From Bacillota bacterium (GTDB taxonomy: Bacteria > Bacillota > Halanaerobiia > Halobacteroidales > Halobacteroidaceae): a DNA stretch of 25,148 nucleotides. Position 1 is the first letter of the stretch. Each line of letters begins with the position of its first letter. Location: assembly GCA_051744465.1 (NCBI GenBank), contig JBNJDB010000009.1, positions 1 to 25,148 of the forward strand, written 5' to 3'. Of this stretch, positions 1 to 6,627 are shown piece after piece. The position numbers were made by a program, and so were the translations under genes. The notes below the pieces were generated by a model. It worked only from the letters and a program-made list of their open reading frames with translations. It searched no databases and was not told the origin of the DNA.

Positions 1-30
1 ATTTTACATTATCAATTGCTCTTTACTGTC

Positions 31-837
31 TCACTTACAAATCCCTCGTTGAGCATTTCTTAGAAAACGCAAGAAATGTTCAACCATCGGGCTATTATCA
101 AGCTCTTGATCCATCTTCTCAATAGCTTCAGAAACATTCAGATTAGAACGATATAAAATCCGATATGCTTTTTTGATCTTCTGTCTATCATCTGGTTCGA
201 TATCATTTCGTCTTAAGCCAACTACATTAATTCCATTTGATGTAGCAGGATGTCCATCTACTAAAATATAAGGTGGAACATCCTTAACAACTTTCGAATC
301 TCCACCAATCATTACCATTTCACCAATCCGAACAAACTGATGAACTCCTACAAGAGCACTAATTACTGCTTTATCTTCGACTACTACATGACCAGCCAAT
401 TGAGCATTATTAGACATAATAATATCATTGCCTAATTTACAATCATGGGCAACATGAGTATAAGCCATCAATAAATTATTATCACCAATTTTAGTAATAC
501 TACCGCCTTCTTCAGTACCACGATGAATAGTAGCAAATTCACGAATAGTATTATTATCTCCAATTTCTAGAAAGCTCTTTTCTCCCTGAAATTTCAAATC
601 TTGTGGCTCTTGGCCAATAGAAGCACTATTGAAAATATGATTATTCTCGCCAATTTCAGTCCAACCTTTAATCACTGCATGCGCTCCAATTTCAGTACCA
701 TCACCAATTTGTACATGTTCTCCAATTACTGCATATGGGCCAATTTTCACTTCTTTACCAATTTGAGCATCAGGATGAACTACAGCAGTTTCATGAATAT
801 CTTTTAGTTGTACTACATTATCTTGTTCTGTGCCCAT
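31..837 (-). CDS. lpxA: Acyl-ACP--UDP-N-acetylglucosamine O-acyltransferase (LpxA)
   Basis: The 268-aa ORF carries hexapeptide (left-handed beta-helix) repeats over most of its length, e.g. IGKEVKIGPYAVIGEHVQIGDGTEIGAHAVI. A C-terminal helical domain follows (GLRRNDIEP..IKKAYRILYRS). It is collinear with E. coli LpxA from memory and sits in the classic fabZ-lpxA order. An SD (GAGAGGAG) lies upstream of the ATG. Confidence 0.92.
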   Translation of the reverse strand: MGTEQDNVVQLKDIHETAVVHPDAQIGKEVKIGPYAVIGEHVQIGDGTEIGAHAVIKGWTEIGENNHIFNSASIGQEPQDLKFQGEKSFLEIGDNNTIREFATIHRGTEEGGSITKIGDNNLLMAYTHVAHDCKLGNDIIMSNNAQLAGHVVVEDKAVISALVGVHQFVRIGEMVMIGGDSKVVKDVPPYILVDGHPATSNGINVVGLRRNDIEPDDRQKIKKAYRILYRSNLNVSEAIEKMDQELDNSPMVEHFLRFLRNAQRGICK

Positions 838-859
838 TTCTATCTTAACTCCTCTCTAA

Positions 860-1291
860 TTATTTATCCTGGACAAAGCAAGTTAATTTTCCATCTGCTA
901 CCAACTCATCATCAACATAAGCCTTAGCTTCTACTTTACCCATGCGTCCTCTTAATTTTAAAATTTCAACTTCCATCCGTAACTGATCACCTGGTTTAAC
1001 AGGCTTTCTAAATCTTGCTCCATCTACTTTACCAAAATAAGGTACTTTTTCTTCTGGGTTTTCAACCGTCTGTAACAGACCAATACCTGCCACCTGAGCC
1101 ATTGCTTCAATAATTAATACACCAGGCATAATTGGATGTCCTGGAAAATGTCCAGAAAAGAAATGTTCATTAGTAGTAACATTTTTAATTGCTACTATCT
1201 TTTCTTCTGGATCAGCTTCTAAAACTCTATCTACCAATAACATAGGATATCTGTGGGGTAAAATCTCTTTAATTTGATCAATGTCTAACAT
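860..1291 (-). CDS. fabZ: 3-hydroxyacyl-ACP dehydratase (FabZ)
   Basis: The 143-aa ORF has hot-dog fold motifs [13 protein letters not shown] and [23 protein letters not shown]. It starts 4 nt after the lpxC stop and lies between lpxC and lpxA. Confidence 0.95.
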   Translation of the reverse strand: MLDIDQIKEILPHRYPMLLVDRVLEADPEEKIVAIKNVTTNEHFFSGHFPGHPIMPGVLIIEAMAQVAGIGLLQTVENPEEKVPYFGKVDGARFRKPVKPGDQLRMEVEILKLRGRMGKVEAKAYVDDELVADGKLTCFVQDK

Positions 1292-1295
1292 TTTT

Positions 1296-2150
1296 TCAAT
1301 TCCTCCCTATTAATTTCTTTTTTATTTTTTTAGCTAATTTAGAATTAAGACTATGACCAGACCTAACAGCAATAATATGACCAGTAAATGAAGGAGCTAA
1401 CTTGATATCTCCAATCAAATCAAGCACTTTATGTCGCGCAAATTCATCTTGAAAACGCAATTTATTAATTGGCCCACTATCATCAACCAAAACAGCATTA
1501 TCAAGACTGCCTCCTAAAGCTAAGCCTGCTTCTTGTAATTTTTTTATTTCATTAGCAAAACCAAAAGTCCGCGCTGGAGCAATCAAATCCTGATAATCAT
1601 CACTAGCGAAATCAAATTCAAAAAATTGATCTGAAATTGCTGGATGATCACCTACAAAAGTATAACTTATTTTTAATTCTTCAGCCGGCAATAAAGTTAA
1701 ATATTGATTACCATCTCTAATATAAATAGCTTCTTCTATTTGATGAATTTTTTTAGCTACTTCTTGTTCTTTAATCCCTGCTTCAGTAAACAAATCATAA
1801 AAAACTTTAGCACTTCCATCAGTAACTGGTGGTTCATCAGCATCAATTTTAATCAATAAATTATCTATCTTTAATGCATTAATTACAGACAACAAATGCT
1901 CTATAGTATTAATTTCTGCTCCAGAATTACCAATAGTAGTACACCTCTTAGTAGATGTTATATTATTAACATCAACCTCTATTTCCGGTTCCTCAGGTAA
2001 ATCTACTCGTTTGAAAATGATTCCATTGTTAACAGGGAGAGGATGACAACTAATGCTAACATCCTGACCAGTATGAAGGGCAATTCCAACATAACTAAAT
2101 TCCTTTTTTATAGTATGCTGCATCCTTTCCAAATGATCTCCCCCTTTCAT
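1296..2150 (-). CDS. lpxC: UDP-3-O-acyl-N-acetylglucosamine deacetylase (LpxC)
   Basis: Collinear with E. coli LpxC: [58 protein letters not shown]. The coordinate given is the ORF maximum. No SD precedes the ATG at 2150. GGGGGAG lies 5 nt before a TTG at 2132, and the ATG at 2123 (MQHTIKK) best matches the E. coli N-terminal length. The true start is therefore probably 2132 or 2123. Confidence 0.92.
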   Translation of the reverse strand: MKGGDHLERMQHTIKKEFSYVGIALHTGQDVSISCHPLPVNNGIIFKRVDLPEEPEIEVDVNNITSTKRCTTIGNSGAEINTIEHLLSVINALKIDNLLIKIDADEPPVTDGSAKVFYDLFTEAGIKEQEVAKKIHQIEEAIYIRDGNQYLTLLPAEELKISYTFVGDHPAISDQFFEFDFASDDYQDLIAPARTFGFANEIKKLQEAGLALGGSLDNAVLVDDSGPINKLRFQDEFARHKVLDLIGDIKLAPSFTGHIIAVRSGHSLNSKLAKKIKKKLIGRN

Positions 2151-2164
2151 ATGAATATTTTCAG

Positions 2165-2905
2165 CTAATTTTGATAATACTCCAATAACTGTTTATACTT
2201 CTGACCTAGTTCAGACTGCGGATTATAAAAAATCTGTTCAGGTCCACCTTCTTCTACAACCACACCCTGCTCTAATAATAAAATTAAATCAGCTACTTTT
2301 AAAGCAAACGATACTTGATGAGTTACAATAATAACAATTCGATTGTTTTCATCAGTAGTTAATTCTTCAATTACATCTAAAACTTCTTTAACCAAAATGG
2401 GGTCTAAAGAAGCAGTAGGCTCATCTAATAATAATAATTTAGGATCTATAATTAAAGCGCGGGCTATTCCCACCCGTTGTTTCTGCCCGCCACTTAAATT
2501 ACTAGGGTAATCATCTTTTTTAGCTAATAATTTAACCTGCTGCAAAGCAATTTTAGCTCTTTTTTTTATTACTTTTCTATCTAATTTTTTCTTGATTAAA
2601 GGTAACATAACATTTTCTTCAACAGTCAAATGATGGATTAAATTAAACCCTTGAAAGACAAATCCAATTTGTTCTCTCAATTGTAATAATCTCTCAGTAC
2701 CTAATTCTAACATAGATACTCCATTTAATAAAATTTTTCCTCCATCTGGCTCAGTCAACCGATTCAAACACCGAATAGTAGTCGATTTGCCACAACCACT
2801 AGGACCCATAATAACAACTGTTTGACCAGCTTGGGCAGTAAAATTAACCCCTTTTAAAACTTGATGAGAATCATAACTTTTAGTTAAATTAATAACTTCT
2901 AACAT
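2165..2905 (-). CDS. ABC transporter ATP-binding protein, polar-amino-acid (GlnQ/ArtP/HisP)-like; not LptB-like
   Basis: Walker A is GPSGCGKST, Q-loop VFQGFNLIHHLTVEENV, signature YPSNLSGGQKQRVGIARAL, Walker B LLLLDEPTASLDP and H-loop IIVTHQ. It aligns nearly end to end with E. coli GlnQ as I remember it. A GGAGG SD lies 5 nt upstream of the ATG, in the 12-nt gap after the upstream membrane-protein gene. Confidence 0.9.
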   Translation of the reverse strand: MLEVINLTKSYDSHQVLKGVNFTAQAGQTVVIMGPSGCGKSTTIRCLNRLTEPDGGKILLNGVSMLELGTERLLQLREQIGFVFQGFNLIHHLTVEENVMLPLIKKKLDRKVIKKRAKIALQQVKLLAKKDDYPSNLSGGQKQRVGIARALIIDPKLLLLDEPTASLDPILVKEVLDVIEELTTDENNRIVIIVTHQVSFALKVADLILLLEQGVVVEEGGPEQIFYNPQSELGQKYKQLLEYYQN

Positions 2906-2917
2906 AATTCCTCCATC

Positions 2918-5305
2918 TTAGAAATAAGTTTTACGTTGATTTAAAAATTTTAAAATCCCTGGTTTTCCAGCCGGAATAATAATTTCCTGCATTATTTCAC
3001 CATAATTAAAACCTAAAGCCTCTCCAGCTCTAAATTCATCCCAAGAAACACCAGTTATAGCTTTAGCTTCTTTAAAAACTAATAAACCTAAACAAGTTCC
3101 TAAAAATAAAATAAGCCACCAAGGAAGGTAATAACTATCAACACCTGTTAAATAGATAATTCCTCCAAAAGTTAATATTCCAGCCGCTAAGCTATAATAA
3201 AAAGCAATATTACGATACCAACTTTTATCAGAGTTAAGCTCTTGTAAAGAACTAATAATTAATCCTTGGTCAAATAGCAATGATAATACTGTACAAAGGA
3301 GAGCAGTTATAGCAGTTAACAAGATCTTAACTTCACTCAAAATCTGATAAATTTGGCTCCGCAAGTTAGGAACTATAGCTCCTGGAGCAGAAGATTGAAA
3401 ATTAATTTCTTCATCTACAATTGCTCTTATTTCTTGCTTAACTTTTTTAAAATCAAGATCTGTAGCAGGTAATAACAACGAAACTTCTCCTCCTGGTATC
3501 ACCTTGCCCGCTAAATAATTATCTAACAGATCAATACTAGAAGTTATTTCCTCATCTTTTAGTTTAGGTAAAGACCGCTGAATATATTCTATTTCTTTGG
3601 TAATTTCTGCAAAGTCAATCGTTTTAAGCTCATCTAATTGATTCTTAATTCTTTCTAATTTCTGTTCTAAATTTGCACTTCTATTTTCTTTAATCTCCGC
3701 TATTAAATTTGAATTAGTAATTTCCTCTAAATTAGTAGCAAGTTCAGTCTTATCTTCGACTATCAATTGCTGACTAACAACTTTAATTTCCTGCACTCGT
3801 TGTTGCCAAGCTTTAATTTCTGTTAATAAAGGGTTATATTGATTAATATAATCTATAATACCATCAGTATTAGACTCTAACTCTTTTGACAAATTAGAAA
3901 CTGTTATCTTTAATTCTTCTAAGTTATTATAATACATAGATTCAGGGCTAAACTCCTGTTTAGCCACAGTTACCTGTGATTTTATATCTGCTAACTCTTC
4001 TTCAAAACTTAAAATCATTTCTCGCATTAACTCTAATTTTTCAATAACAAACCGCAACTGAGCTAATCTCTGTTCTAGAGAATTAAGATCTGATTTTAAA
4101 ACTTGCCCATCAATTTTTTCTATATTTTGAGTGTAAGAAGCTAATTTATGATTTAAAGATTCTACATCTTCTAGAGCAGTATCTAACAAATCAAAAGAAG
4201 AAAATAATTCTTCTAAGTTATTAATTAAAGAATTAGCATCAGTAAACAGATGATTTAACTGTGGTACTAACTTATTTAACTCAGTTACTAAATAAGCTAA
4301 ATCTTGCCGAGGATTATTAATTTCTACACTTCCAATTGCTTCTGTTTGGGTAGTAGAATCTATTTTATAAGCTAAATTGTCCAAAATTTGTCTACTATCT
4401 CCAACAGTAACTACCGCTGTTGCTATCATATCATTTACACTACTAACCCGCAAGTGTAGTTGACCATCGTTTTTAGCCGGCATTACTAATTCATCACCAG
4501 CTTTTAAGGATTTATTTTCGAATAATTCAATTTTCACTTCTGTTGCATAACTTGACAAAAAACCTTTCATCTGATTCATTGTCTTTACTAATGAATCCAT
4601 ATCACTAGATTTTGTCTCAGTTATATTAGAAGCTGCTACTTCAAAATCAGAACTCACTTTAGATTCTAATTTTTCTCCTAAAGCAAATAAATCATCTCGT
4701 TGATTATCAATGGGAAATCTAAGATTCAAAGTTTGATATTGCTCTAAAATATCATTAACTTCTTCTTTAACTTGACCACTAAATTGTGGTTTGCTAACTA
4801 TTACCTCTAACTTATCACCATTAGGAAAAGTAAAATCAACATTTTTTAATTGTCCTATTTTATTTCTTAATAATTTTTTAGTCTCTGTTTTAACCCCATC
4901 AATTGTCAAACGTGGTTCAGTCATAATTGAAGTAGTAGTTACTCCTTTAATCTTTTTAAAATAATTCTCTAGTTCTAGAAATGTTTCTCGATTCTTATAT
5001 TTATCAGCTAAAGCAATAAATGAATTACTCTTGCCCACTAAACTAATCCCTGTAATTAATTCAGAGCCAGGTATTTTCTCTGCTATAACTTCTTCAATCT
5101 GCTCTATGGTTACTTCTCGTCTTTGTTGGTCTATAATTAATAATAAATCATTATTTTCATAATCACCAATTAAGCTGTTAATAGCATCACCAAAATAATA
5201 ATCACTTGCATATCCAATTACTAATGAAAGTACTGAACTCAATAAAATTGTAATTACGAACAAAATTACCAAATCTTTTTTAAAATAGGATTTAAAAAGC
5301 AGCAT
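2918..5305 (-). CDS. Large membrane protein of unknown function, presumed partner of the adjacent ABC ATPase. One N-terminal TM, a ~620-aa extracytoplasmic alpha/beta plus coiled-coil domain, three C-terminal TMs and a cytoplasmic EAA-like tail
   Basis: The ORF track runs to a TTG at 5326 (802 aa). I prefer the ATG at 5305 (MLLFKSYFKK...) because GGGAGTG lies 8 nt upstream and a TATAAT box at 5329-5334 would place the transcription start downstream of 5326. In ORF-track numbering, hydrophobic helices are at residues ~19-40, ~668-693, ~706-728 and ~733-752. Residues ~340-640 are heptad-like and helix-rich (LNKLVPQLNHLFTDANSLINNLEELF..., LEQKLERIKNQLDELK). The tail is RAGEALGFNYGEIMQEIIIPAGKPGIL. 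Confidence 0.8.
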   Translation of the reverse strand: MLLFKSYFKKDLVILFVITILLSSVLSLVIGYASDYYFGDAINSLIGDYENNDLLLIIDQQRREVTIEQIEEVIAEKIPGSELITGISLVGKSNSFIALADKYKNRETFLELENYFKKIKGVTTTSIMTEPRLTIDGVKTETKKLLRNKIGQLKNVDFTFPNGDKLEVIVSKPQFSGQVKEEVNDILEQYQTLNLRFPIDNQRDDLFALGEKLESKVSSDFEVAASNITETKSSDMDSLVKTMNQMKGFLSSYATEVKIELFENKSLKAGDELVMPAKNDGQLHLRVSSVNDMIATAVVTVGDSRQILDNLAYKIDSTTQTEAIGSVEINNPRQDLAYLVTELNKLVPQLNHLFTDANSLINNLEELFSSFDLLDTALEDVESLNHKLASYTQNIEKIDGQVLKSDLNSLEQRLAQLRFVIEKLELMREMILSFEEELADIKSQVTVAKQEFSPESMYYNNLEELKITVSNLSKELESNTDGIIDYINQYNPLLTEIKAWQQRVQEIKVVSQQLIVEDKTELATNLEEITNSNLIAEIKENRSANLEQKLERIKNQLDELKTIDFAEITKEIEYIQRSLPKLKDEEITSSIDLLDNYLAGKVIPGGEVSLLLPATDLDFKKVKQEIRAIVDEEINFQSSAPGAIVPNLRSQIYQILSEVKILLTAITALLCTVLSLLFDQGLIISSLQELNSDKSWYRNIAFYYSLAAGILTFGGIIYLTGVDSYYLPWWLILFLGTCLGLLVFKEAKAITGVSWDEFRAGEALGFNYGEIMQEIIIPAGKPGILKFLNQRKTYF

Positions 5306-5328
5306 TTTCTTCACTCCCATCCGCAAAA

Positions 5329-5357
5329 ATTATACCTCAAGTTCGCGACAGAGTAAA
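5329..5357 (-). promoter_or_regulatory. Putative internal promoter upstream of the membrane-protein/ABC-ATPase/lpxC/fabZ/lpxA genes
   Basis: On the minus strand, TTTACT (5352-5357) is followed by a 17-nt spacer and a perfect TATAAT (5329-5334). This lies in the 64-bp lptA-to-ORF gap. No convincing terminator follows lptA. Confidence 0.4.
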
Positions 5358-5390
5358 CAAAATCCTGCTAGTAAATTATGGATATTGCAA

Positions 5391-6053
5391 TTATTCCCCA
5401 AATTCAAACTCCATTTCCACCTTGCCAGTTGCATCAATACTACCTGTTTCTAAATCAATTATAATTTTATCACTTTGAATCCACTGTTCATCCTCTTTAA
5501 TTTCAGCTTCTTTATTAACTACCATCTCTTCTTCTTCAGCATTATATTCCAAATTTTCTCCTCTAATCTGTTGTCCATCATAATCCATTTCTACATTTTT
5601 TCTAGCTAACATCTCATCAGTTTCTAGCCATAATTTCAAATATTCGCTAGTCAAATGTAATTCTTTATCATTTTTCTTAGTATCTAAAACGACATTATCT
5701 TGAGCTACTAGTTGATCTTCATCTAAATCCAATTCAATCAATTCACTAGTTATTGTTTCATTTGGTCGCTTTAATTTAACTTCATCTGTAAAAACTAACA
5801 TATTAGTATCATTATACATTTTTAGTTTATTTGACTGAACATTATTCTTTTGAAAATCCAAACTGACATTACCAGTTGCTACCCGCAAATTCTTCTTCTT
5901 TTTATATTGCACTCGATCTGCTTTCAAATCAACTTTATTGTCTTTTTCTACTTGATTATTAGTTTTATTATTGGGATCAGAATTTGCTCTACTAGGGAAC
6001 CCGATACTAAAACTTAATAGCATAATCAGTAGTAAAATTAGTTTATTTCTCAT
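5391..6053 (-). CDS. lptA: LptA-like periplasmic LPS transport protein (OstA N-terminal-type beta-jellyroll)
   Basis: 220 aa with a signal peptide (LLIMLLSFSIGFPSRANS). It has the OstA-type pattern KADRVQYKKKKNLRVATGNVSL followed by repeated 'D.V.L' strands. It sits immediately after lptC, with an 11-nt overlap at its start. Confidence 0.75.
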   Translation of the reverse strand: MRNKLILLLIMLLSFSIGFPSRANSDPNNKTNNQVEKDNKVDLKADRVQYKKKKNLRVATGNVSLDFQKNNVQSNKLKMYNDTNMLVFTDEVKLKRPNETITSELIELDLDEDQLVAQDNVVLDTKKNDKELHLTSEYLKLWLETDEMLARKNVEMDYDGQQIRGENLEYNAEEEEMVVNKEAEIKEDEQWIQSDKIIIDLETGSIDATGKVEMEFEFGE

Positions 6054-6627
6054 CCTTGTCAGCTCCCTTTACTTGAAAATTCATTCTTACATTATCAGTA
6101 AAATCAATTATATTAGTTTCCAAATCTAAATTCATCTTTTCTGCTGTTAAATTTCCTGTTTCCATTTCTACTCTAACACCATCATCAGTCTTCAAATTCT
6201 TATCTTCTTCATCCCACTTGAAAAAATCAGAGAATATTTTATCCCCATTAACCTCTTCTAAACAGACATCACCACGCAATTCAATATCTTTACTTTTCTC
6301 AAAATAAATTATTTTAGCAGCATCAACCTCGTATTTTAATTTATTATTAGAATAAAGTTTTGCTTCTTTAATATCTTCCAGAATAACTTTTACTTTACTA
6401 TCTTCTTCAGATTTAGGCTGGGTAATAGTTTCTGATTCAACATGCCACCTTTTTTCACCATTACTATAACTTAACAATTGAGGCTGTTGGACTTGGTATT
6501 GATAATCAGCAACCTCATCTGAGGTTTCTGATTTTGACTTGTCATTTGAATAAAGCCATAACAAGCTAACTCCTACAAATATTATGATAATTAATATAAT
6601 ATATAATTTATTCTTTCTTGACATCAT
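6043..6627 (-). CDS. lptC: LptC-like inner-membrane-anchored LPS transport protein
   Basis: 194 aa with a single N-terminal TM anchor (LYIILIIIIFVGVSLLWLY). A beta-rich periplasmic domain follows with LptC-like strands (IELRGDVCLEE..., LKTDDGVRVEMETGNLTAEKMNLDLETNIIDFTDNVRMNF). AGGAGG lies 8 nt before the ATG. The start overlaps the lptD 3' end by 20 nt. Gene order is lptC-lptA as in E. coli. Confidence 0.7.
   Translation of the reverse strand: MMSRKNKLYIILIIIIFVGVSLLWLYSNDKSKSETSDEVADYQYQVQQPQLLSYSNGEKRWHVESETITQPKSEEDSKVKVILEDIKEAKLYSNNKLKYEVDAAKIIYFEKSKDIELRGDVCLEEVNGDKIFSDFFKWDEEDKNLKTDDGVRVEMETGNLTAEKMNLDLETNIIDFTDNVRMNFQVKGADKDEK

Noticed and set aside
601-807. 68-aa plus-strand ORF
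   Set aside because: It lies entirely antisense to the well-supported lpxA CDS. It has no SD, and its composition (N/F/S/I-rich) is what the reverse frame of an AT-rich hexapeptide-repeat gene produces. Spurious.
2165-2905. Calling the ABC ATPase lptB on the basis of synteny (downstream of lptC-lptA)
   Set aside because: Its Walker A, Q-loop region and signature motif track GlnQ/ArtP-type NBDs rather than LptB as I remember it. It is also translationally linked to the 802-aa membrane protein, not to lptA. I kept it as a generic ABC ATPase and raised the question as a finding.
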